This document shows, piece by piece, positions 1 through 9,751 of a DNA stretch of 32,000 nucleotides. The stretch spans positions 60,001 through 92,000 of the forward strand of contig NZ_KK211323.1 of assembly GCF_000621645.1 (NCBI RefSeq), written 5' to 3'. The position numbers and the translations under genes were made by a program. Source of the stretch: Vibrio cholerae ATCC 14035. Its GTDB lineage: Bacteria; Pseudomonadota; Gammaproteobacteria; Enterobacterales; Vibrionaceae. Under the pieces are notes generated by a model. That model was not told the origin of the DNA. It did no database searches and saw only the letters and a program-made list of their open reading frames with translations. Within the stretch, counting starts at the first letter, position 1; each line of letters starts with the position of its first letter.

Positions 1-317
1 TTTTCGGCCAATAGACCATTAAATGGCGAGGCAATAAAGTTGGCTAAGGTACTAAAAAAATAGGAGAAAGTAGCGAGAATGGTTAATGCTAACAGCGGCC
101 AAAGTACATAACTTAGCCAAGAGAGAAACGAAGGTAATTGTCCTATCCACTCGCTGATCCAAGTGTCTAAATGGCTGAATAAGTAGTACATAGCACCGCC
201 GACTAAGATGATGTTAGCCAGTAGCGGAAGAACAACGAACCGACGTATGCCTGGCGTTAAAGCCAAACGTATGCCGTAAGAGAAGTAGCCGAACCCGGAA
301 CGTGAGCTGATCTGCAT
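1..317 (-). CDS. cysZ: Sulfate transporter CysZ, N-terminal ~105 codons (gene continues past the left edge)
   Basis: Absent from the ORF track because it is open at the window edge. Hand translation of the reverse strand from the ATG at 317..315 gives [105 protein letters not shown] with no stop. The PGIRRFV.LPLL.N and [17 protein letters not shown] blocks match E. coli CysZ as I recall it. A cysZ gene divergent from zipA-ligA is the enterobacterial arrangement. Confidence 0.85.
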   Translation of the reverse strand, partial: MQISSRSGFGYFSYGIRLALTPGIRRFVVLPLLANIILVGGAMYYLFSHLDTWISEWIGQLPSFLSWLSYVLWPLLALTILATFSYFFSTLANFIASPFNGLLAE

Positions 318-546
318 AAAAACGGTATTCTCCTTGATAAACCGAGTGAAGATTGTACTTGATTGATACTGAAGTGAAATGACGAAACTGCAAAAAACGC
401 GTCATCTTTTCAACTTCTCACATTAAGTTGTTCTAAATTCAACGAGAGTTTTGGTAAAGTACCCCGACAAGTCAAAAACACACCCTGATAAACGTCCTGT
501 CGGGCGCTAGAGCTCAGAACATCAAACGGGATACTGAGAGTTTAAG

Positions 547-1422
547 ATGCAGGAACTGCGATTCGTATTGATAATTGTTGGCGCGTTGGCGATAGCGGCG
601 TTGCTGTTTCATGGTCTGTGGACCAGCAAAAAAGAGGGAAAGTCCAAGTTTGGTGATAAACCTCTGCGCAAGATGAAAGTCGAAAGTGATGATCCGCCTT
701 CGCGTGCCTTTGCGGCGGAAGACGATTTCGAAATCATCCGCAAGGAACGCAAAGAGCCTGATTTTGGCATTCCGAATCAACAGCACGATCCTCTGATCTC
801 TGATTTCGCGGCCCATGATGAGCTGGATGAAGAAGAGGATGAGGAAGCGCGCATTCCGGTTCAGCCTCAATCCCAACCTCAACCTAGAAAGGTTCAACCC
901 CAGGTTGAGATGCCTCGAGTTGCGCCAAACGTGCCAATGGCTAAGGTGCAACCTGAAGTGGTGACCGAGATTGAGGTACAAGAGCCGCAGGAAGAAAAGC
1001 TGGATGTGATTGTGCTCAATGTACACTGTGCTGGTAACCAGCCTTTTATCGGGACCAAACTGTTCGATAGCATGCAGCAAAATGGTTTGTTATTTGGTGA
1101 GATGGATATTTTCCATCGCCATGCGGATCTCTCTGGAACGGGGAAAGTGTTGTTTAGTGTCGCGAATATGATGCAACCTGGTACCCTGATGCATGATGAT
1201 CCTGCGGACTTTTCAACCAAAGGCATCTCCTTTTTTATGACACTGCCGTGTTTTGGCGATCCTGAGCAAAACTTCAAGTTGATGCTAAAAACCGCTCAAC
1301 AAATTGCCGATGATCTTGGTGGGCATGTGTTGGACGATGCTCGTAATTTAATGACTCCAAACCGACTTGATGCTTATCGTAAGCAAATTCAAGAGTTTAA
1401 AGTTCGAGCCGCTCAAGCCTAG
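547..1422 (+). CDS. zipA: Cell division protein ZipA (FtsZ membrane anchor)
   Basis: 291-aa ORF. The N-terminal TM helix [30 protein letters not shown] resembles the E. coli ZipA N-terminus. It has a charged, P/Q-rich linker and a C-terminal FtsZ-binding-type domain, and sits directly upstream of ligA as in enterics. Confidence 0.95.
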
Positions 1423-1506
1423 GTTTTGGATATTCATTCAAGCACCACGCGATAGCGTGCTGCTTTACTTCGTCAGTAACAAGATAAAGATATCCCTAGT
1501 TATACT

Positions 1507-3564
<2,058 letters not shown>

Positions 3565-3580
3565 GCCTATTCACTTAATA

Positions 3581-3690
3581 TTTGAAGCGGCAGTGGTGTT
3601 GGCGATGTGTGTTCACTCCAACATCGCCTGCCTATGCTTATAGGGATGAATTTACTTGCAGCCTACCTACAATTCCAACTCTATTCGGTA
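3581..3690 (+). repeat. ERIC/IRU-type imperfect-palindrome repeat, full-length copy 1
   Basis: tttgaagcggcagtggtgttggc...cactccaacatcgc...ctatgcttataggg...cttgcagcctacctacaattccaactc aligns along its whole length with the copies at 8254 and 11588. It lies in the ligA 3' region upstream of the terminator. Confidence 0.8.
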
Positions 3691-3754
3691 TGTTTCATGT
3701 TGGATCTGCTGCATTTTTTATAAATAGATTGAACTTCTTGCTCATCCCAAGTCT

Positions 3755-3786
3755 AAACCTCAGCCTGTGCTGGGGTTTATTTTTGC
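3755..3786 (+). terminator. Rho-independent terminator (ligA transcript end)
   Basis: AAACCTCAGC-ctgt-GCTGGGGTTT followed by ATTTTTG: a 10-bp stem with one G-U pair. Confidence 0.75.
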
Positions 3787-4195
3787 TCAGAAACAACTCG
3801 CCAATTTGTATCAAGTTCAGGACTTTTATTGTTTTTAAAAGTCATCCCTCATTTTGTTTTTATTCGACGCATTTCAAATAAAAGACATTAACCAAAAATA
3901 AAAATTTATATTTATCAGTTATTTAAGTTTTCTCTGGCTTTGTGCTAGTAATAATTGGATCTCGATCACTTACTCCCCAGAAGTTTGTCGTGGCTCATAT
4001 TTTTTTAGATAAAAATTAAGTTCTGATTGATGTTTTCTAACCGAGAGTTAGTCTACGGATATGGATACACGGTCAGTGTGCCAACAACTAAGAGAATCGG
4101 TTTCGATACTCGAAAAGGAAATGACTTCTCCCTTCGGCGGCCAACTTAAGGGAGAAACTCAAAAAAACAGCTATATCCATTTTTAGGAGTTATCC

Positions 4196-5245
4196 ATGGA
4201 CAAAATGTTTAAACGTACTCTTCTGGGTGCAGCAGTAGCGATGGCGTCAACTGGTGCGTTTGCCGCATCTGAAACTGGTGCAATCGGTGTTCTGTCTGAT
4301 TTCAACGTACAAGCGTACGGTGTTGCAGCAATCTCTGCTTTCTATCAAGAAGATAGCAACGGTTATGACTACGAAAACGAATCTCGTATCGGTTTCCGTG
4401 CTAGCAAAGATATGTTTGATAACGTAAACGTATTCATGCAGATCGAATCAGGTTACGTTGGTGAAGATGGTAAAGGCAGCACGCTTGGTGCTCGTGATAC
4501 TTTCCTCGGCCTACAAGGCGATTGGGGTAAAGTACGTTTCGGTCGTATGCTGACACCACTATATGAAATCGTTGACTGGCCATACTCTAACCCAGGTTTA
4601 GGTCGTGTATTCGACTGGGGTGGCGACGTTGCTGGTCACTATGATCGTAAAGGTGATATTGCGCGTTATGACTCTCCAGCTTTCGGTGGTCTGACGTTCA
4701 ACATTTCTGCTGGTCGTGGTGATGTGGGTACTAAAAGTTCTAACCACTTTGGTGCGGCTGCACACTACAATGCTGCGGATATCGTAACGTTCCATGTTGG
4801 TTATGAAAACAACTCTAACTTCAAGTATGACTACAAAACCAAAGATACAGCTGGTAAAGATGTCGATAATACATTCCTGACTGATGCAACAGCGTATATC
4901 GTAGGTTTTGAGTTGCCTCTACCTGCTGGTTTTGGTTTAGCTGGTGCTTATAAGTACACTGAAGGTGCTTCTAAAACAGTGAAAGGTCAAGAAGGCGAGC
5001 AAGGCCAATACTCTCTGATTGGTCAATACTGGAATGGCCCATGGGGCTTTAAAGTAGGTTACGCTGCCAACCTTGAGTCTGAAGTGAACGGTGTTGAACA
5101 AAAAGATGATGATGAAGTATTGTCTGCACAGCTGATGTACGTGAAAAATGGTTTCGTACCATACATCCGTGTTGGCCAGCATGATGCTTATGATTCAGCC
5201 GACAAGAAAGGTTTCGTACGTGTAGGTCTGGAATACGGTTTCTAA
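4196..5245 (+). CDS. chiP: Outer-membrane general-porin-family protein, probable chitoporin ChiP
   Basis: 349-aa ORF with signal peptide MDKMFKRTLLGAAVAMASTGAFA/A. It has an OmpC/OmpU-like beta-barrel pattern (alternating aromatic/Gly strands) and a terminal ...VGLEYGF aromatic residue. AGGAG lies 6 nt upstream of the ATG. From memory, the position next to ligA matches the chitin-induced V. cholerae porin VC0972. The porin call is secure. The chitoporin assignment rests on recollection. Confidence 0.8.
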   Translation: MDKMFKRTLLGAAVAMASTGAFAASETGAIGVLSDFNVQAYGVAAISAFYQEDSNGYDYENESRIGFRASKDMFDNVNVFMQIESGYVGEDGKGSTLGARDTFLGLQGDWGKVRFGRMLTPLYEIVDWPYSNPGLGRVFDWGGDVAGHYDRKGDIARYDSPAFGGLTFNISAGRGDVGTKSSNHFGAAAHYNAADIVTFHVGYENNSNFKYDYKTKDTAGKDVDNTFLTDATAYIVGFELPLPAGFGLAGAYKYTEGASKTVKGQEGEQGQYSLIGQYWNGPWGFKVGYAANLESEVNGVEQKDDDEVLSAQLMYVKNGFVPYIRVGQHDAYDSADKKGFVRVGLEYGF

Positions 5246-5272
5246 TCAGACGAACCCTGCCTTTCTTTAATA

Positions 5273-5300
5273 AAAACGCCGGCCTTGTGCCGGTGTTTTT
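5273..5300 (+). terminator. Rho-independent terminator after chiP
   Basis: AAAACGCCGGC-cttgt-GCCGGTGTTTT plus T: an 11-bp stem with one G-U pair and a T-rich tail. Confidence 0.85.
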
Positions 5301-5321
5301 ACTCCATAAACAAGGACATAA

Positions 5322-6137
5322 ATGATGAATTTATTTAAAACGACCATATTATTCTCAACCATCACCATGGCCGTTGGATGCAGTAATTTAGACAGTTCGA
5401 GTGTGTTCAATGATGTGGCGAAGAATGTCAAAGAAAGGCACAACTATGTTCAAGTTGTCGCGAAAGATATTACTCCTGACGCAAAAGCAATTGTAGGACC
5501 TGATATTGTAAAAGCAGAGTTAAGCTATGTCGGTAATTTCCCTAAAGCTGAAGGCGTTAATATTGAAAATTCATACGTTGATATGAACGTCACTTATTTT
5601 AAAAATTATGACCAATATGACACTGTTGCTTATTCATCACAGAAGTTAAAAGTAGAAACATATCGTCCATTAGCTGAGACCTGTACCGAACATTGCACGA
5701 CCTCGCAATGGTTTAAGTTCCCATTATCTCAAGAATATATTCAGCAACTGAACTCGGATTCAGTTGTGTTTACGCTGTCCTCGTCAACAGACAAAAACCA
5801 AGTAGAATTCACGGTTCCTAAAGCGTATTTTTTAGCGGTTATTAATGAGGCGAAATTTGTCTTACAAGGGACAGATGTGGCACCTGTTGCTCCTATTGTT
5901 GCTGTTCAAGCGCAACCAACCGCATCCAAACCTAACGAAATGATCCAATATTTGTTTGGTGAAGCCAGTTCAGCAGAGCGCCAAGAATTTGCTAACTGGG
6001 CTTTTGCTAACCGTGCAGAGGTAGCCCAGCCTATGGTTACACAAAATAAGTTGGTCGAAATGATGGCTGATTGGTACAAAAAAGCCGATAAAGCCGAAAA
6101 AGCATCGATTCTCTCTTGGTTGATTAGCCAAGAATAA
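5322..6137 (+). CDS. Probable lipoprotein of unknown function
   Basis: 271-aa ORF. AAGGA lies 5 nt upstream of the ATG. The signal peptide with a lipobox-like MAVG/C places Cys at residue 20. No catalytic motif is recognised. The C-terminus carries two copies of a Y/W-x-F/K-x2-A-x4-R/K-x2-F/I-x2-W motif (aa 210-226 and 251-266). Confidence 0.7.
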   Translation: MMNLFKTTILFSTITMAVGCSNLDSSSVFNDVAKNVKERHNYVQVVAKDITPDAKAIVGPDIVKAELSYVGNFPKAEGVNIENSYVDMNVTYFKNYDQYDTVAYSSQKLKVETYRPLAETCTEHCTTSQWFKFPLSQEYIQQLNSDSVVFTLSSSTDKNQVEFTVPKAYFLAVINEAKFVLQGTDVAPVAPIVAVQAQPTASKPNEMIQYLFGEASSAERQEFANWAFANRAEVAQPMVTQNKLVEMMADWYKKADKAEKASILSWLISQE

Positions 6138-6155
6138 TTGCATTTCTCGCTGGAT

Positions 6156-6190
6156 AGAGGCATGGTCTTTCCATGCCTCTGTGATTTTTT
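6156..6190 (+). terminator. Rho-independent terminator after the lipoprotein gene
   Basis: AGAGGCATGG-tcttt-CCATGCCTCT followed by GTGATTTTTT: a perfect 10-bp stem. Confidence 0.8.
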
Positions 6191-6197
6191 ATGTGTC

Positions 6198-6617
6198 ATG
6201 AATATTAGCCAGATTGCCAAACTCACCTCGCTGACTGCCAAGTCGATTCGTCTATACGAAGAGAAAGGTCTCATCATCCCACCACTGCGCTCTGAAAGTG
6301 GTTATCGCACTTACACTCAGCAGCATGTGGATGATTTACTGCTCATCGCTCGCTGCCGGCGAGTCGGTTTTAGTTTGGATGAGTGTAAAGCCATGCTCAC
6401 TCTTGCCAATGATCCAAACCGAACGAGCGCAGCGGTGCGCGCGCGAGCGCAAGAAAAGTGGCAAGAAATCTCGAGAAAACTCTCCGAGCTCACCATGATT
6501 AAGCAGCAGCTAGAAGAGTGGATTGCATCTTGTCCCGGAGATCAAGGCAGCGATTGCCCAATCATAGAACAGTTGAAGGGACATTGTTGTTCAAACAATA
6601 AAACTAAGACCCCGTAG
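6198..6617 (+). CDS. cueR: MerR-family copper-responsive regulator CueR
   Basis: The start is re-set to the internal ATG giving MNISQIAKLTSLTAKSIRLYEEKGLIIPPLRSESGYRTYTQQH..., close to the E. coli CueR N-terminus as I recall it. The C-terminal metal-binding CPGD...DCPIIE motif is present. cueR next to nfeD/qmcA is the same neighbourhood as in E. coli. The track ORF begins at 6138, inside the terminator. Confidence 0.9.
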   Translation: MNISQIAKLTSLTAKSIRLYEEKGLIIPPLRSESGYRTYTQQHVDDLLLIARCRRVGFSLDECKAMLTLANDPNRTSAAVRARAQEKWQEISRKLSELTMIKQQLEEWIASCPGDQGSDCPIIEQLKGHCCSNNKTKTP

Positions 6618-6660
6618 GATCTTAGTTCCGACTTGAAGTTGCCTACAGAATGATAGACTT

Positions 6661-7110
6661 TTAGATAGGTTGGACGACTAAGATAATCCCATCCACAGCA
6701 ACGACAGAAACACGGCTCCCAGCCGCAAGCTGCTGATCGCAGCGCGCTGTCCAAGCCGTATCACCCAGTGTTACTTGAAACTCTCCTGCTGGGGTATCTT
6801 GAGTTATCGGAATAATACGTCCGAGTAACTGTTTTTCTTTCTGGTTAAGGTCGCGTTCTGTATCTTGCTTTTTATCTCGGCTAAATTGACGTCGCCACCA
6901 AAGCCAAGTCGTGACCAGAGAAAAACTCGCAAAAGCCAGCCACTGCAGTTGCCAACCAAGAGGCATTACGGCCAGCAATACCCCAACTAATAGTGCTGAT
7001 AGGCCAAGCCACAAAAAATAACCTGCAGTGCCGAGTAGCTCAGCGGCTAATAGAAGTAGGCCCAAGGCCAACCAATGCCAGAAATTCAATTGTGAGAGTA
7101 GCTCTACCAC
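6661..7110 (-). CDS. NfeD-family membrane protein (YbbJ-like), partner of the SPFH protein
   Basis: The start is re-set to the GTG at 7110..7108, preceded by AGGTG, 7 nt after the qmcA stop. The product VVELLSQLNFWHWLALGLLLLAAELLGTAGYFLW... has 3 TM helices and a C-terminal OB-like domain (GEFQVTLGDTAWTARC...GSRVSVVAVDGIILVV). The track's longer ORF overlaps qmcA. The start codon choice is an inference. Confidence 0.8.
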   Translation of the reverse strand: MVELLSQLNFWHWLALGLLLLAAELLGTAGYFLWLGLSALLVGVLLAVMPLGWQLQWLAFASFSLVTTWLWWRRQFSRDKKQDTERDLNQKEKQLLGRIIPITQDTPAGEFQVTLGDTAWTARCDQQLAAGSRVSVVAVDGIILVVQPI

Positions 7111-7117
7111 GGGGCAC

Positions 7118-8038
7118 CTACTTAGTGGTTTGTGATGATTTAAACATTTCTGCAATTCCAGCGACAGAACCCATGAGGCCTGTTGCTTCAAGTGGCAGCA
7201 TGATGATCTTACCATTCTCTGCTTGACCAATAGCTTTCAGCGCTTCGGTATAGCCTTGAGCAATAAAGTAATTGACCGCTTGCATATCACCTTTAGCGAT
7301 GGCTTCTGAAACCATAGTGGTTGCCTTGGCTTCCGCTTCGGCGGCACGCTCACGTGCTTCAGCTTGTAAAATGGCGGCTTGTTTTTCCCCTTCAGCTTTC
7401 AATATTTCGGATTGTTTTTGACCTTCCGCACGTAAGATTTGCGCTTGGCGTACCCCTTCTGCTTCAAGGACTTCCGCCCGTTTGTTACGTTCAGCTTTCA
7501 TCTGAGCATTCATTGCAGCGGTCAAATCAGCAGGTGGCTGTACATCTTTAATTTCAATACGAGTCACTTTTACACCCCACGGGCTGGTGGCATGGTCAAC
7601 AATTGACAGCAGCTTGGTATTAATCATGTCACGTTGACTGAGCATCTCATCCAGCTCCATTGAACCTAATACGGTACGCATATTGGTGAGGGTGAGGTTA
7701 CGGATAGCATGTTGCAGTTGGCTAACCTCATAAGCGGCTTTCGCTGCATCAATGACTTGTACAAAACAGACCGCATCAATCACAACATTCGCGTTGTCTT
7801 TGGAAATGACTTCCTGAGCTGGGATATCTAAAACTTGTTCCATCATATTGATTTTATGACCAACACGGTCAATAAAAGGGATGATTAGGTTGAGTCCGGG
7901 CTTGAGTGTTTGTGTGTAGCGCCCAAATCTTTCGACCGTCCAGTTATTACCTTGAGGCACGGTTTTTACTGCAGAGGAGATGAAAATAACCACAGCCAGT
8001 ACGAGAACTGCGATAGTGATCAATGAATCAATAGCCAT
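7118..8038 (-). CDS. qmcA: SPFH/band-7 (stomatin-like) membrane protein QmcA
   Basis: 306-aa ORF with an N-terminal TM helix, an SPFH core (TVPQG...VERFGRY...[13 protein letters not shown]...) and an Ala/Glu-rich coiled-coil tail. It forms an operon with the NfeD gene, as in E. coli ybbJ-qmcA. Confidence 0.93.
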   Translation of the reverse strand: MAIDSLITIAVLVLAVVIFISSAVKTVPQGNNWTVERFGRYTQTLKPGLNLIIPFIDRVGHKINMMEQVLDIPAQEVISKDNANVVIDAVCFVQVIDAAKAAYEVSQLQHAIRNLTLTNMRTVLGSMELDEMLSQRDMINTKLLSIVDHATSPWGVKVTRIEIKDVQPPADLTAAMNAQMKAERNKRAEVLEAEGVRQAQILRAEGQKQSEILKAEGEKQAAILQAEARERAAEAEAKATTMVSEAIAKGDMQAVNYFIAQGYTEALKAIGQAENGKIIMLPLEATGLMGSVAGIAEMFKSSQTTK

Positions 8039-8253
8039 GACGTATCCTTGTTTTTTAAAGTAATAGCTTGCTACTTGCCGTTAAAGCGATGAGCGAATAT
8101 TTAGTCAGCTAAGAATGAGCGCCTCTTGCCTAAAAAAATAGCCGAAAACGTTCCCAATCAGTGACTTGTGACTAAGTTAACAGCAACTAATGCGATTTAC
8201 TATCCTAGAGAAGGGTTAACAATCAATTTTATAGCTGATGATTATACTTCCTG

Positions 8254-8368
8254 CTTGAAGCTGCAGTGGTGTTGGCAGCATTCGCTCACCCCAATCGCAT
8301 AGTGTATCTATGCTGGAGGGGATTCACTTATTTGCCGCCTACCTGCAACTTCAAGTCGTTTGAGGATA
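8254..8368 (+). repeat. ERIC/IRU-type imperfect-palindrome repeat, full-length copy 2 (best-preserved)
   Basis: cttgaagctgcagtggtgttggcagcattCGCTCACCCCAatcgcatagtgtatctatgctGGAGGGGATTCACttatttgccgcctacctgcaacttcaagtcgtttgagg. It contains near-matches to the ERIC2 primer 3' end (complement of TGGGGTGAGCG) and to the ERIC1R 3' end (CTGGGGATTCAC), plus the ERIC-like TTGCCGCCT.CCTGCAACT arm. Confidence 0.85.
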
Positions 8369-8371
8369 TAA

Positions 8372-8399
8372 ATATGGCGCTCATATTAGAGCGCCATAT
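8372..8399 (-). terminator. Perfect 11-bp hairpin, probable cnoX terminator (could act in both directions)
   Basis: ATATGGCGCTC-atatta-GAGCGCCATAT. The minus-strand tail is TTATAT and the plus-strand tail is GTCTTTTCC. It lies 70 nt past the cnoX stop. Confidence 0.55.
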
Positions 8400-8411
8400 G
8401 TCTTTTCCTAT

Positions 8412-8470
8412 TTCAAGCAGCCGCCGTGTTGGCTGTATGCTTCACGTCGTGAATCGGCTGGACTTGGGTT
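8412..8470 (+). repeat. Possible short (internally deleted, diverged) ERIC derivative
   Basis: ttcaagcagccgccgtgttggctgtatgc matches the ERIC left arm at about 20 of 30 positions. ggacttgggtta resembles the right terminus (aagtcgtttgggtat). The right end overlaps the cnoX stop codon (8469..8471). Confidence 0.35.
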
Positions 8471-9323
8471 AGTAAAGAAGTGAATAGAGTTTTTTACGAT
8501 ACTGATTCGCTAATGGATGACCTTGACCTAGGGCGGTTAGGATATCCATAAAGGTTTTTTTCATTTCACCATCTAAGGTGTTTAGATTTTTACTGAGCCA
8601 AGACCAGAGTAAGGAGAGGGCTTCCTCGTCGCGTTTGACATGGTGATATTGTTTGGCAAGCTCTATAGCAATATTGGGATTCTGCGGGTCACTATTCCAC
8701 TCTTGCTCAAGAGCGATAATTTCTGGGCTATTCGCGGCTTGTTGATGTAATTCGAGTCTCGCGATCAGCGTTTTGTATTCACCTTGTTGGTATTCAAGTG
8801 GCATGTTGGCCAGCTCGGTTTGCGCCGCTTCTACTGCGCCGGTTTCTAGATAACAGCGAGCTAGAGTGAGTTTGACCTCACCTTTATTACGCCACTCATC
8901 ACTCAATGTGCTGAGCAGAGATAATGCTTCACTAAATTGCTCTTGCTCTGCAAGCTCGAATCCTTGGTACATGAGGCGCTCTTCATCGCTTGGCAAATGA
9001 CGCTTAAGCATTTCCTCAACCGCTTCAATTGGCTGGGGGCCGCCTAATCCATCGACGGGTTTACCTTCAATAAACAGCGCAATGGTCGGAATCGCTTGGA
9101 TCCCAAACTGCGCAGCAATCCCTTGTTCTTCTTGGCAATTTAAGCGTGCAAGAACAAAGGCTCCTTGATAACGTTCGGTGAGTTGTTCAATCGCGGGTAA
9201 CAGCTCGGCACTCTCATGGCTTATTGGAGCCCAAAAATAAAAAAGTACTGGTGAGAGGGTGGAGTGTTGGAGCACTTGGTGAAAGTTATGTTGAGAAACG
9301 TCAATAATCTTCGCTGCTTGCAT
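8469..9323 (-). CDS. cnoX: Thioredoxin-domain plus TPR co-chaperone (chaperedoxin CnoX/YbbN)
   Basis: The start is re-set to the ATG at 9323 (AAGGA upstream), giving 284 aa: MQAAKIIDVSQHNFHQVLQHS...PVLFYFWAP.S. The product is collinear with E. coli YbbN as I recall it (..AAQFG.QAIPT..LF..G.PVDG..GPQP.. and the C-terminal ..YR.KLYSLLY). The thioredoxin CxxC is replaced (APIS), as in YbbN. Confidence 0.9.
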   Translation of the reverse strand: MQAAKIIDVSQHNFHQVLQHSTLSPVLFYFWAPISHESAELLPAIEQLTERYQGAFVLARLNCQEEQGIAAQFGIQAIPTIALFIEGKPVDGLGGPQPIEAVEEMLKRHLPSDEERLMYQGFELAEQEQFSEALSLLSTLSDEWRNKGEVKLTLARCYLETGAVEAAQTELANMPLEYQQGEYKTLIARLELHQQAANSPEIIALEQEWNSDPQNPNIAIELAKQYHHVKRDEEALSLLWSWLSKNLNTLDGEMKKTFMDILTALGQGHPLANQYRKKLYSLLY

Positions 9324-9493
9324 AGCAAATCCTTGGTTTGGATGGCACATCGCTGAATAAACTATGGGGATGAAGGCTTCAAAACTCAAGCCTAGGTAAG
9401 TTCCTTACTAGATAAAGTGATCGCGTGATGGGAGCGGTTCTCTTGTTTGAACTGAGTCGTCGAACAGTGATGCAAGAGGTTGATATATGCAGG

Positions 9494-9530
9494 ATTAAAA
9501 CAAAATCACCACCCGAAGGTGGTGATTTTG
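9494..9530 (-). terminator. Strong rho-independent terminator in the ybbO-cnoX spacer
   Basis: The minus strand reads CAAAATCACCACC-ttcg-GGTGGTGATTTTG followed by TTTTAAT: a perfect 13-bp stem with a tetraloop. Confidence 0.85.
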
Positions 9531-9560
9531 TGGCTCTTACGAGCGAGCAAGCAAAGGTGT

Positions 9561-9626
9561 TTAAAGCAGTATAAATAAGGTCAGCGCAACACCGACACCG
9601 ATCCAATTCCATTGGTTTAATGTCAT
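9561..9626 (-). CDS. Candidate 21-aa hydrophobic small protein (MTLNQWNWIGVGVALTLFILL)
   Basis: Hand-found ORF running ATG..TAA that ends 30 nt upstream of the 13-bp terminator. No convincing Shine-Dalgarno is present (gacaaaaaaATG). It could equally be non-coding 3' UTR of ybbO or part of an sRNA. Confidence 0.3.
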   Translation of the reverse strand: MTLNQWNWIGVGVALTLFILL

Positions 9627-9751
9627 TTTTTGTCGAACCACATGCAACGCTTGATAGATATTGATGTTTTTACTCAATGTCTAGGAGTTAATCCAGTGAG
9701 CATTATGAAGTTTGCCGCGCAATTGTTACCAAATAATGACAATTAAATAAT

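Noticed and set aside
214-405. 63-aa minus-strand track ORF at the left edge
   Set aside because: It is in a different frame from the clearly CysZ-like reading frame that starts at 317. Its product is low-complexity and Arg/Leu-rich, and it extends into the cysZ-zipA spacer.
514-1080. 188-aa ORF antisense to zipA (also 894-1277)
   Set aside because: It is an antisense shadow frame of a well-supported gene, with an Arg/Leu-rich composition typical of antisense translation and no RBS.
3582-3881. 99-aa track ORF (MKRQWCWRCVFTPTSPAYAYRDEF...) downstream of ligA
   Set aside because: It starts inside ERIC copy 1 and runs through the ligA terminator hairpin and an AT-rich spacer. It has no RBS, and the repeat explains the open frame.
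3950-3970. Shared 10-mer atctcgatca between the chiP upstream region (about 3960) and the toxR-htpG spacer (about 14421)
   Set aside because: Hundreds of chance 10-mer matches are expected within 32 kb, and the flanks do not align.
3790-4100. ToxR-box-like TNAAA-N5-TNAAA words and possible H-NS tracts in the AT-rich region upstream of chiP
   Set aside because: The region is so AT-rich that such degenerate words are expected by chance, and I cannot distinguish signal from background by eye.
7337-7468. Four consecutive 11-residue repeats in QmcA ([11 protein letters not shown] / [11 protein letters not shown] / [11 protein letters not shown] / [11 protein letters not shown]), a 33-bp DNA periodicity
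   Set aside because: This is the ordinary coiled-coil oligomerisation segment of SPFH/stomatin-family proteins, not an independent repeat element.
8266-8472. 68-aa track ORF (MVLAAFAHPNRIVYLCWRGFTYLPPTCNF...)
   Set aside because: It is entirely composed of ERIC copy 2, the 11-bp hairpin and the short ERIC-like piece. The same pseudo-peptide (..TCNFKS..) recurs wherever the repeat occurs.
9379-9612. 77-aa track ORF in the ybbO-cnoX spacer
   Set aside because: It reads straight through the 13-bp-stem terminator and into the cnoX promoter region, and its product is Cys/Arg-rich. The 21-codon ORF in another frame that stops before the terminator is the more plausible unit, though still uncertain.
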